Shown here: positions 12,605-21,419 of the stretch, in pieces
Layout of the letters: the number at the start of each line of letters is the position of its first letter
Position numbering within the stretch: position 1 is the first letter of the stretch
NCBI RefSeq assembly: GCF_000015585.1
Contig: NC_008789.1
Coordinates: forward strand, 60,001-92,000
DNA: 32,000 bases
Direction: 5' to 3'
DNA from: Halorhodospira halophila SL1
GTDB lineage: Bacteria; Pseudomonadota; Gammaproteobacteria; Nitrococcales; Halorhodospiraceae
The notes under the pieces: model-generated
Seen by the model: only the letters and a program-made list of their open reading frames with translations
Told to the model about the DNA's origin: nothing
The model's database searches: none
Translations under genes and position numbers: made by a program

Positions 12605-13253
12605 CGGCGGTCGCCTCCTTACCGGCAGCGGCGCGTTGGTTCTGGCGCTCCTTGATCCAGGCAAAGAGCAGCAGCCAGCCGGCGAGCACGAAGAACCCCC
12701 CCGGCGGCAGCAGCATGATCACCCAGGGCTCGAAGCGATCGGCGAAGACCTGGATGCCCAGGATCTCCCCCGCCCCGAGGAGTTCACGCACGGTACCGAG
12801 ACAGAGCAGTGCCAGCGTGAAACCGGCGCCAACGCCGAGCGCGTCGACCAGCGTCTTGCCCAGCGGCTTGCGCGACGCGAACGCCTCGGCCCGGCCGAGG
12901 ATCATGCAGTTGGCGACGATCAACTGAATGAACGCCCCGAGGGCATTGTAGATATCCAGGCTGATCGCCTGGATCGCGTAATCCACCACCGTGACGAAGC
13001 TCGCGATGATCACGATGTAGGAGGCAATGCGCACCTCCTTGGGGATGAAATCGCGCAGGACGGAGACCAGGCCGGTGGAGCAGACCAGCACGAAGGTCGT
13101 CGCAAGCCCCATCGCCAGCGCGTTCTCGGTGGTGTTGGTCACGGCCAGCACCGGGCACATCCCCAGCAGCATCACGAAGACGGGGTTCTCCCGCCAGACA
13201 CCACTGAGGAAGGTGTCCATGGTGATCGGTTCTTGCTCGCGCTTAGCAGCCAT
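12594..13253 (-). CDS. rnfE: Rnf complex subunit E
   Basis: GVWRENPVFVMLLGMCPVLAVT... is typical of RnfE/NqrD. The ATG at 13251-13253 overlaps the rnfG TGA (TGATG). GTG at 13256 and the internal MDTFLSG are alternative starts. Confidence 0.9.
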   Translation of the reverse strand: MAAKREQEPITMDTFLSGVWRENPVFVMLLGMCPVLAVTNTTENALAMGLATTFVLVCSTGLVSVLRDFIPKEVRIASYIVIIASFVTVVDYAIQAISLDIYNALGAFIQLIVANCMILGRAEAFASRKPLGKTLVDALGVGAGFTLALLCLGTVRELLGAGEILGIQVFADRFEPWVIMLLPPGGFFVLAGWLLLFAWIKERQNQRAAAGKEATADGR

Positions 13254-13945
13254 CACTCATTCCTTTCCAGCTCGGACCAGTGCCCCTGGAGCTGCGGCAG
13301 TCGCTCGTTCGCGCTCCGGTGCAACATGTCCCCAATGGCTTCGGCAGAGACGGTGGCCCCGGTGATGCCGTCGATATCGCCGGGATCCTCGCGCTCACCC
13401 GGGCCGACCGTGCGGATGCCGTGCTTCAGCCCGGTACCGTCTTCGTTGAGCGAGGCGTCCAGTCCCTCGATACTGCCCAGAAAGTCCGGATCGGTCTCGA
13501 TCCGATCTCCCAGACCCGGGGTCTCCTGGCTCTCCAGCACCGACATGCCGACGATGCACTCGCAGGAGGGATCGTAGCCGTAGAGGATGCGGATGACGTC
13601 CGCATACCCCCGTCCCGAAGCCTCCATGGCCACCCCCGCCAGGTCGCCATCCGCGGTGTAGCCGACGTGGATGATCGGGCCTCGCTCCTGGGCTTCCTCC
13701 TTGGGGACCGGGCCGTCTTCAGTCAGCACGAAATCACGCCGCTCCGCGGCCCCCGGGATGACATCGAAGACCGCCTGCTGCAGGGCGCGTTCGTGGTTAT
13801 CGGCAATGATCGGCCGCGTCCACTCCACGACACTCACCACCAGCAACCCGGCGAACAGGGCGATCGCCCCCAGGGTTGCGATCAGGCGCAGGCTGGAGGT
13901 CGGTGCCGGCGGCTGCACGGTTTGCGATTGCGAGGCCTCGCTCAT
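13253..13945 (-). CDS. rnfG: Rnf complex subunit G (FMN-binding)
   Basis: N-terminal TM helix, GLGDRI, and the flavinylation-type motif DGITGATVSAEA. The ATG at 13945 is preceded by AAGAGGAGGGG and overlaps the rnfD stop. GTG at 13948 is an alternative start. Confidence 0.9.
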   Translation of the reverse strand: MSEASQSQTVQPPAPTSSLRLIATLGAIALFAGLLVVSVVEWTRPIIADNHERALQQAVFDVIPGAAERRDFVLTEDGPVPKEEAQERGPIIHVGYTADGDLAGVAMEASGRGYADVIRILYGYDPSCECIVGMSVLESQETPGLGDRIETDPDFLGSIEGLDASLNEDGTGLKHGIRTVGPGEREDPGDIDGITGATVSAEAIGDMLHRSANERLPQLQGHWSELERNE

Positions 13946-14961
13946 CACCCCCTCCTCTTGCGCAGGCCGTACATTCGGGGCTGGGCGATACGTTCGATCA
14001 GCGGCACGGCGGCGTTACCGAGCAGAATCGCGTACATCACCCCCTCGGGCAGGCCACCGAAGAAGCGGATGATCACCGTCAGGAAACCGATCAGGATGCC
14101 GTAGATCCAGATCCCTGCCGGCGTCACCGGCGACGAAGACATGTCACTGGCCATGAAGAAGGCGCCGAGCATCAGCGCACCGGAGGCCAGCACGAATAGC
14201 GGATCGGGGTAAGTCGCCGGATCCAGGGCGTAGAACACCCCGGCCGTTGCCGCCGCACTGCCCAGGACCGAGACCGGCACCCGCCAGTTCACCGCCCCAC
14301 GCAGGACCAGGAACAGCCCACAGGCCAGGACCAGCAGAGCGGAGGTCTCACCAGCCGAGCCGGCGATGGTCCCAGCGAGCAGATCCCAGGTCTCGGTGGC
14401 GATGCCCCCTTCAAACTTCCACTCGGCCAGCGGGGTCGCGGTCGTGTAGGCGTCCACCGAGGCAGGCGTAGTGAACGGCGCGGCCAGCGTCGACGGCAGG
14501 AACTCGGTGAAGCGCTCGGACAGCCCGGCCTGCGTCCAGGTCGAGGACGCCTCCGGAAACGCCGCCGCAGCGAAGGCACGGCCGAGCAGCGCCGGATTGA
14601 ACGGGTTGTAGCCCAACCCACCGAACAGCGCCTTGCCCAGAGCAATCGCCACGAACGCCGAAACCGCCGCCATCCACAATGGGAAGGCCGGGGGCAACGT
14701 CAGGGCCAGCAGTAGGCCGGTGATCACCGCACTGTAATCGCCGATGGTGCTCGGGCGACCCGACATGCGGTTGAACAGCTGCTCGGTGAGCACGGCGGTC
14801 ACTGTGCTCACCACCAGCAGCGCGGCGACACTGATGCCGAACTGGTAGACCGAGAAGGCACACACCGGCAACAACGCCAGCACCACCGAGCGCATGATGC
14901 GCTCGACGCTGTCCGGCGCCTTGATGTGTGGCGAGGTCTTGATCTCGATACGCGGGCCCAT
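13945..14961 (-). CDS. rnfD: Rnf complex subunit D
   Basis: Polytopic membrane protein (MGPRIEIKTSPHI..., SDMSSSPVT). The ATG at 14959-14961 overlaps the rnfC stop (TAATG). Confidence 0.9.
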   Translation of the reverse strand: MGPRIEIKTSPHIKAPDSVERIMRSVVLALLPVCAFSVYQFGISVAALLVVSTVTAVLTEQLFNRMSGRPSTIGDYSAVITGLLLALTLPPAFPLWMAAVSAFVAIALGKALFGGLGYNPFNPALLGRAFAAAAFPEASSTWTQAGLSERFTEFLPSTLAAPFTTPASVDAYTTATPLAEWKFEGGIATETWDLLAGTIAGSAGETSALLVLACGLFLVLRGAVNWRVPVSVLGSAAATAGVFYALDPATYPDPLFVLASGALMLGAFFMASDMSSSPVTPAGIWIYGILIGFLTVIIRFFGGLPEGVMYAILLGNAAVPLIERIAQPRMYGLRKRRG

Positions 14962-16307
14962 TACGACGCTCGCTCCCAATTCAGAGACTTGGCGATCCGG
15001 AAGTACTGCACCAACGGGATGTTCGACGGGCAAACGTAGCTGCAGCAGCCGCACTCGAAGCAGTCATTGAGGTGGAAACGCTCCTCCATGACGGCGTACT
15101 GCCGCTTGGCTGCCAGGCGGCCTAATTCCGCCGGGTTGAGCCCCACCGGACAGACTTCCACGCAGCGCCCGCAGCGAATGCAGGGCTGGGTCGGCGGCTG
15201 CTCAGACTCGTCACCGGCGCCTTCAGGTAGCACCAGCACCCCGGAGACCCCCTTGGTGATCGGCACATCGAGGAAGGCCACCGTGTTCCCCATCATCGGT
15301 CCACCGAGGATGATTCGACTGGGGTCATCCCCTTCGAACCCGACTTCCTCGAGCAGGTAGCGCAGCGGCGTGCCGACGGGCACCCGATAATTGCCCGGAC
15401 GCTCTACCCCGGGACCGGCCACCGTGATCACCCGCTCGATGAGACCCTCACCGCGCGGGAGCAGGTAACCGAGTTGCGCCATGGTGCCGATGTTGTTGAC
15501 CACCGCGCCGATCTCGTACGGCAGCCCGCCCGAGGGAACCTCTCGGTCGAGCAGGGCCTTGATCAGCATCTTCTCGGACCCCTGGGGGTACTTGGACTTG
15601 AGCTGAACCACCCGTATGGCGTCCTCGCCGGCGACCGCTGCCTGTAGGGCAGCAACGGCATCGGGCTTGTTGTCCTCGACCCCGATCACCGCCTCGGGTG
15701 CGCCGACGGCTCGCATGGCCAGCCGCACACCGTCAATGATCGAGTCGGTGGCCTCGACCATTAACCGGTGGTCGGCGCTGAGGAACGGCTCGCATTCACA
15801 GCCGTTGACCACCAGGGTGTCGACGGTGTAACCCTCCGGGACGGCGAACTTCAGATGGGTGGGGAACGATGCTCCGCCCTGCCCGACGATCCCGGCATCC
15901 CGAATCGCCTCGACCAGCTCCTCGCCCGACAGCGCCTCCAGGGTCCGCTCACGGCTCCAGCGCACAACCTGGCTATCCCCTGGCGCCGTGCGCAGGAGGA
16001 TCGCTTCGGTCTTCGGGCCGCGGGCGGTAGGCATCAGCTCGATCCCCTCCACCGTCCCGGTCACCGGGGCGTGGATGGGCACCGATGGCCAGCCATCGGC
16101 CTCGGCGATCGGCTCGCCGCGGACCACCTCCTGCCCGCGGGTCACCAGCGGCCGTGCCGGACGCCCGAAGTGCTGCGTCAGCGGCAGCACCATGCGGGGG
16201 GCAAAGGACAGACGCCGGATGGCCTGTTTGCGGGTCTGATCCTTGCGCCCCGGGGGTTCGATCCCCCGGGGGAAGGTCAGTCCGCCCAGAAAGGACAGCA
16301 CACTCAT
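14961..16307 (-). CDS. rnfC: Rnf complex subunit C (short, about 448 aa form; NADH/FMN-binding, 2x[4Fe-4S])
   Basis: Carries GGASFPTHLKF plus the two cluster motifs CIRCGRCVEVCP and CFECGCCSYVCP. The ATG at 16305-16307 is 2 nt after the PFOR stop. Confidence 0.92.
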   Translation of the reverse strand: MSVLSFLGGLTFPRGIEPPGRKDQTRKQAIRRLSFAPRMVLPLTQHFGRPARPLVTRGQEVVRGEPIAEADGWPSVPIHAPVTGTVEGIELMPTARGPKTEAILLRTAPGDSQVVRWSRERTLEALSGEELVEAIRDAGIVGQGGASFPTHLKFAVPEGYTVDTLVVNGCECEPFLSADHRLMVEATDSIIDGVRLAMRAVGAPEAVIGVEDNKPDAVAALQAAVAGEDAIRVVQLKSKYPQGSEKMLIKALLDREVPSGGLPYEIGAVVNNIGTMAQLGYLLPRGEGLIERVITVAGPGVERPGNYRVPVGTPLRYLLEEVGFEGDDPSRIILGGPMMGNTVAFLDVPITKGVSGVLVLPEGAGDESEQPPTQPCIRCGRCVEVCPVGLNPAELGRLAAKRQYAVMEERFHLNDCFECGCCSYVCPSNIPLVQYFRIAKSLNWERAS

Positions 16308-16309
16308 GG

Positions 16310-19300
16310 TCAGTTGAACTTCTCTGCCCGCTTGATGAGCTTGTCGATCCCGGGCTCATTGGGGTCGAACGGCGTCCCGGGGTGGATCGCGAACGAGGCA
16401 CACTTCTCGGCCGCACGGACGATGTCCTTGAACGACGCGCCCTTGGGATCCTTCACCACGACCTGCTTGTTGTCGTCGTAGGCAAAAACCCCGGGGGCGA
16501 TGTCGATGCAGTCGTCGCACGCCGTGCACTCGTTACTCTCCACCCAGACCGGATCGTGCGCCGGGGCGGGAGCCGCCTCGGCAGCCGCCCCGCCGTCGGC
16601 CGACTCACCGCCCGCGTCTGCCGACCCCGCGGAACTCGGAGCCGCCAGGGCGCCGGCCAGCTGACTGGAGTCCTCGCCGCTAGCCATGGAGACCAGCGCC
16701 GCACTGATCCGCTGCGCCATCTCCTGACGCGTCCGGGCGGCCACGGCCTGCTCGTCGACCTGCTCACGATCCAGGCCGAGCAGCCCCTTGAGCTGATGCC
16801 AGAAGTCACGTCGCTCCTCGGTGGAGCGGACCAGCTCCTCGGAGACGATGACCCGGACCAAACGGTTCTGCTTGTCGACCGCCCAGATGTACGGGAACAG
16901 CCCCTCGCGGTCCGCCTCCTCGAGCTCCAGCAGGTCCGTCAGCGGGATCATGTCGTCGTTCCACTTCTCCGGCGGCACCTGCTTGAAGTGCTTACGGAAG
17001 CGACCCTCGGTCAGCGCAAAGTCGGCAAAGGTCATGGGCAATTCCATGCTCTGCTCCGCACCGTCCTCGTCGAGGTAGTTGAGGGTGTACGTCGGCCAGT
17101 CCTGCTCGATCTCGGGGTTGCCCTCGAGATCACTGCACTCGCGGAACGTCGTGCCGCGGTCCGGGTTGTACCGGAACAGCGGGTAGGCCCGGCCGTCCAC
17201 CGCCATGCGCGACTGCATGAAGGCCACATCGTCCCCCACGCCGTGCTCCGGCGGGCAAACGGCGTAGACGTTGAACACGGCCGGACGGCGGGTATTGAGC
17301 CCCTCGATGAAGCTCTCGAGCAGGTGGGTCACATTGGCGATGGTCCCCTGGGCGACGTAACTCGTCCGGTGGGCCATGCCGATCAGGCTGATCTCCTTGC
17401 GGATCTCGTTCTTACCCTTCCAGGCCTTGCCGTAGGGCGCCATGTCCGAGACCTGGCTGATGAAGCCCGAGGTGCACGCCTGGCCACCGGTGTTCGAGTA
17501 GACCTGGGTGTCGAGCACCAGCACCTTGACCGGCTTGCCGGACATCATGGCCCGCGACAGGTTCTGGAAACCGATGTCGTACATGGCACCGTCACCGCCC
17601 AGGCTGACCACCGGCGGGCACAGTGCATACTCCTCGTCGGTGAAGTCCTCCCAGTTGAACTGCGCGAAGAAGGCGTCGTGCTCTGTCGGGTCGTACTTGC
17701 CGGAGAGCTCCAGCTCGGCCATGCGGATCGCCTTGAAGCCGTCTGCCATCTTCGACATGTGCCCTTCGAAGATGCCGATGGCCATCGACGGGCTGTCCTG
17801 GAACAGGTGACTGGTCCACGGGAACGGATAGGGGTTGTACGGATAGGTGCTCCCCCAGACCGAAGTGCAGCCCGTGGCGTTGATCACGCCCATATGGGTC
17901 CGGCCGCGTCCGGTCGGGCCCTCGGTGTAGCGCCAGCGCAGATCCTTCAGCCGGGCCAGCACGTCGGTGGCCCACTTCAGCCAGTCCGGGTCCACAGTCT
18001 GGCTGCCCCGCCCCTCGTCCAGCGTGCCGGACAAGCGCGAGAGTGTCAGATCACGGTCCGCGTGCTGCTGGATCGCCTCATGCACGGCCTGCACGTCGGA
18101 GATATCCATCCCCTCGGCGAGCTTCAGGCGGATGTGCTGCTCCAGCCGGGCGATCAGGTCGTCGAGCTTCTTGACGTGATCCTTGACCCGCGGCTGCATC
18201 AGGGCCGAGACCGTGGAGGTGAACAGGTGCACCGCGGTCTTCTCGCCGCAGCCCAGGCAGGCACCGTCACCGGAGTTCAGCGACTCGTAGTTGGTCTTGT
18301 CGAGCAGCAGGGTCTCCAGCGCGCCGATGCCTTCGTCGAGGTCATCGATCCGGATGTAGTCCTTGCTGGTGCTCGGTAGATCGAGCCAGAAGTCCCAGTT
18401 GCGCCGCATGCGATCGACGTCGTCCTGGGTCTGCGTGACGGCCTCCAGCGCGCCTTCGTCACAGATCCGAACGCACTCCATACACCCTTTACAGGTGTAC
18501 GGGTTGACGGCCAGCGAGAACAGACCGCCACTACCGGGGCTGCGCTTCTCCTGGGCGGAGAAGAACGGCTTGGTCGCGGCGAACTGAAAGTCCCCGATCT
18601 GCTCACGCAACGACGCCAGCTCCCGCTCCAGGCGCTCCCTGTCGCCGCCGTCCAGCGTGCTTTCGGTCAGCAGTCCCTGGATGGCACCGTCGAGCTCGGC
18701 GTGGAAATCGGCCTCGTCGCCGGCCTCCAGCAGCGCGCTGCGCAGACGTTTCTCGAGGTCGCGCACCGCCCGGCGCAGGTGACGCGTCGGCTGCGTCTTC
18801 TCGATCCGCCGCACGGCGGTGTCGAAGATCTCCCCGATGGTGTTGACCAGCCCCGGCAGGGCCGTATCCGGGCAGACCGCGTAGCAGTCACCGCAGGCGG
18901 TGCACTTCGCCGGATCCCAGGCCGGGTACTCGAACCGCACCTGGGTCATGTCGCGATAGATCGCCGTGGAGGCCGGGATCAGCGACTGCGCCATGAACGG
19001 ATCGGCCAGGTTGTCGCTGCCCTGACCGGCCACATAGAAGCTGCCCGTCTGCTCCCAGAACCTGTGGATATCCGAGCGCGCATCCTCGGACTTGGGCAGC
19101 CGCTTGAGCATCGTCGGCATCTCCGGCATGGCCCGCTGCTGCGGGGGGGCCGATGCCACGGCGCCGCTGAGCGTCTTGTCGGTGATCTCCACCAGTTCGT
19201 CGAAGCCACGGCGCACGACACGGAGGTTGTCCTCCACCACGCGGCGCCCCTTGCTACCGAACTTCTGCTCCAGCTGCTCCTCGATGGCACGGAAGAGTGA

Positions 19301-21277
19301 GTCACGTGTCAGGCCGCGGCGCGACATCAGCGGCGAAGAGGCAAAGAAAGCCCCCTGGAACGCGATGCCCTGCATGCGGAACTGCAGATCCGCGTCGGAA
19401 GCCTCGTCGCGGGCGATCTGGAAAGCGTCCAGGTAGTAGACGTGGATCTCGTTCTCGACGATGTACTGCTGCGCCTGCGCCGGAAAGCTCTCCCAGACCG
19501 CCTGCGGCGAATCCAGGTTCGACTGGATGACGAACGTCCCGCCCTTAGCCAGTCCGGCCAGCGGGTTCGAGTGGTCGAAGACGTTCGGGTCCGGCGACAG
19601 GACCACCTCGACCTCCTTGAGCTCGCTGCTGACCCGGATCGGCTCCGGCGCGGCGGCCAGGTAGTAGGTCGTCGGCTGCCCCTTCTTCTCGGAGCCGTAC
19701 TTCGGGTTCGCCTTGATGTGGAAGTCGAGCAGGTCGAAGAGCGTCATGGCCAGGTTCTTGCCCGTGGTCATGGCGCCCCAGCCGCCGACAGAGTGCAGGC
19801 GCGCGGTGATCGCCTCGTTGGGCATCAGGCTCGGGTTCTCCGAGCCACGCAGGGCCATCTTCTCGATCCCGGGGTAGGCCTCCTGCAGGTTCTGCTGATG
19901 AACCTCCTGGGTGGGCGTCGCCGGGTTGGGGCGGACGAAGTCCACCGAGAGATAGAAGAAGGTCTGCTGTGGCCCATCACCGAGCATGTTCTCGACGGCG
20001 GCGATCAGCCCTTCGGGTTGCAGATCGCGCGAGCCCAGCCCGTAGGCGCCGGAGTAGATCCGCGGCATATCCCCGCCGCCGAAGGACGGATAATCCGGAT
20101 ACGGTTGGCCCTCGCCGGCGATCCGGTTCTCCAGGCACTTGGTCAGTGCCGCCCGGGTCTCACGGGCCAGGGGCAGATCCTCGGCCAGCGGCTGGTCCGT
20201 GCGCTCGAGCACGGCGACGCCCTTGCGCCCCTTGAGCAGGTGGGCCAGATCAGCGCCCGGGAACGGACGGAACATGGTCAGGTTGACCACGCCCACCGGG
20301 ATGCCGCGCGTATCCCGCAGGTAGTCGGCCACTGCCTCGGCCGTGGCCACCATGCTGCCTTGACCGACGATGACGTACTCGGCGTCGTCCATCCGGTAGC
20401 CGGAGACCCGGTTGTAGCGCCGGCCGGTCAGCTGGGCGAACTCCTCCATGCAGGCATCGGCGATCTCGGGCAGGTGGGCGTAGAAGTACGGCCGCTGGGC
20501 CGCCACCTGCTGCATGTAGGCGTCCTGGTTCTGCACCGAGCCGGAGAGCATGGGGTTGTCAACGTCCCAGATGGCAGGAATGCGCCGGCGCTGATCGCCG
20601 TAGAGCATCCGCTGCGCCGGGGTCGGGCAGTCGATGATGTCGTCAGCGCTGCCCAGGAACTCCTGGATCAGCTCCCGCTCGGGGATGCGCAGCGACTCGA
20701 TCAGGTGGGTGGTCAGGAAGCCGTCCTGGCCGACGATGCCGGGGTTGAGCCCCAGCTCGGCAATCTTGTGGGCGATGATGTTCAGGTCCGCCGCCTCCTG
20801 GGCGTTCTTGGCGAAGACCTGGAAGAAGCCGGTGTCGTCCACGCAGTGGTAGTCGTCGTGACCGGCGTGGACATTGAGCGCGCCCTTGGTGATGGCGCGA
20901 CAGCCCATGTTGAGGATGTAGGGCAGCCGCTTACCGGCGGCGGCGTAGAGCGATTCGTGCATGAATGCTACGCCCTGCGCCGACGAGAAGTTGATCGCCC
21001 GCAGTCCCGTCATGGACAGCCCTGCGGTCATCGCCGCAGCGGCGTGTTCGGACTCCGGCTCGATGAAGATCAGCGAGCGCCCGGAGACATTGATGTGCCC
21101 CTTGGAGACCTCCTCGGCCCACATCTCACCCATGTCCGTGGACGGGGTGATCGGATAGGCGCCGGCGGCATCCGAGGATTCGCGCTCACACTGGATCACG
21201 GCGCTGTTGCCGTCCATCGCTCCGCGAATCCCCTGATACTTCATCAGGTCCTGCGACGTCGTGCGCTTGAAAAGCAT
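16310..21277 (-). CDS. Pyruvate:ferredoxin (flavodoxin) oxidoreductase, NifJ/PFOR family. Unusually long (1655 aa) with a fused C-terminal ferredoxin-like domain
   Basis: Motifs occur in PFOR order: MDGNSAV...YPITPS, EPESEHAA, the domain-V clusters CTACGDCYAVCP and CKGCMECVRIC, CLGCGEKT, ATGCTSVWGS, and the TPP motif GGDGAMYDIGFQNL...SNTGGQ. The C-terminal ECTACDDCIDIAPGVF...KCASFAIHPG follows an Ala/Gly/Ser/Asp-rich linker. The ATG at 21277 has GGGGAGG 6-7 nt upstream. Confidence 0.92.
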   Translation of the reverse strand: MLFKRTTSQDLMKYQGIRGAMDGNSAVIQCERESSDAAGAYPITPSTDMGEMWAEEVSKGHINVSGRSLIFIEPESEHAAAAMTAGLSMTGLRAINFSSAQGVAFMHESLYAAAGKRLPYILNMGCRAITKGALNVHAGHDDYHCVDDTGFFQVFAKNAQEAADLNIIAHKIAELGLNPGIVGQDGFLTTHLIESLRIPERELIQEFLGSADDIIDCPTPAQRMLYGDQRRRIPAIWDVDNPMLSGSVQNQDAYMQQVAAQRPYFYAHLPEIADACMEEFAQLTGRRYNRVSGYRMDDAEYVIVGQGSMVATAEAVADYLRDTRGIPVGVVNLTMFRPFPGADLAHLLKGRKGVAVLERTDQPLAEDLPLARETRAALTKCLENRIAGEGQPYPDYPSFGGGDMPRIYSGAYGLGSRDLQPEGLIAAVENMLGDGPQQTFFYLSVDFVRPNPATPTQEVHQQNLQEAYPGIEKMALRGSENPSLMPNEAITARLHSVGGWGAMTTGKNLAMTLFDLLDFHIKANPKYGSEKKGQPTTYYLAAAPEPIRVSSELKEVEVVLSPDPNVFDHSNPLAGLAKGGTFVIQSNLDSPQAVWESFPAQAQQYIVENEIHVYYLDAFQIARDEASDADLQFRMQGIAFQGAFFASSPLMSRRGLTRDSLFRAIEEQLEQKFGSKGRRVVEDNLRVVRRGFDELVEITDKTLSGAVASAPPQQRAMPEMPTMLKRLPKSEDARSDIHRFWEQTGSFYVAGQGSDNLADPFMAQSLIPASTAIYRDMTQVRFEYPAWDPAKCTACGDCYAVCPDTALPGLVNTIGEIFDTAVRRIEKTQPTRHLRRAVRDLEKRLRSALLEAGDEADFHAELDGAIQGLLTESTLDGGDRERLERELASLREQIGDFQFAATKPFFSAQEKRSPGSGGLFSLAVNPYTCKGCMECVRICDEGALEAVTQTQDDVDRMRRNWDFWLDLPSTSKDYIRIDDLDEGIGALETLLLDKTNYESLNSGDGACLGCGEKTAVHLFTSTVSALMQPRVKDHVKKLDDLIARLEQHIRLKLAEGMDISDVQAVHEAIQQHADRDLTLSRLSGTLDEGRGSQTVDPDWLKWATDVLARLKDLRWRYTEGPTGRGRTHMGVINATGCTSVWGSTYPYNPYPFPWTSHLFQDSPSMAIGIFEGHMSKMADGFKAIRMAELELSGKYDPTEHDAFFAQFNWEDFTDEEYALCPPVVSLGGDGAMYDIGFQNLSRAMMSGKPVKVLVLDTQVYSNTGGQACTSGFISQVSDMAPYGKAWKGKNEIRKEISLIGMAHRTSYVAQGTIANVTHLLESFIEGLNTRRPAVFNVYAVCPPEHGVGDDVAFMQSRMAVDGRAYPLFRYNPDRGTTFRECSDLEGNPEIEQDWPTYTLNYLDEDGAEQSMELPMTFADFALTEGRFRKHFKQVPPEKWNDDMIPLTDLLELEEADREGLFPYIWAVDKQNRLVRVIVSEELVRSTEERRDFWHQLKGLLGLDREQVDEQAVAARTRQEMAQRISAALVSMASGEDSSQLAGALAAPSSAGSADAGGESADGGAAAEAAPAPAHDPVWVESNECTACDDCIDIAPGVFAYDDNKQVVVKDPKGASFKDIVRAAEKCASFAIHPGTPFDPNEPGIDKLIKRAEKFN

Positions 21278-21419
21278 ATCGCCTCCCCTAAATTGCCCGG
21301 CCCGCTCAAAGGCCGGTACTCATTTCGAAATCTGTATCCCTGCAACCGCCGGACGCTACACCGCGGCGCCGGCCAGGCTCCTGCCTGCCGGCCAGCCATG
21401 CGGCTTGTAGCGCTGTGCC

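Noticed and set aside
12541-12840. Apparent 1-nt discrepancy while hand-translating rnfA and rnfE, with my position count shifted by one near 12540 and restored near 12840, which could mimic frameshifts
   Set aside because: The supplied ORF track shows both genes as uninterrupted full-length ORFs with normal protein sequences. The two offsets fall exactly at printed line boundaries and cancel, so this is most likely my counting error. It is not evidence for pseudogenes, and I used the track coordinates.
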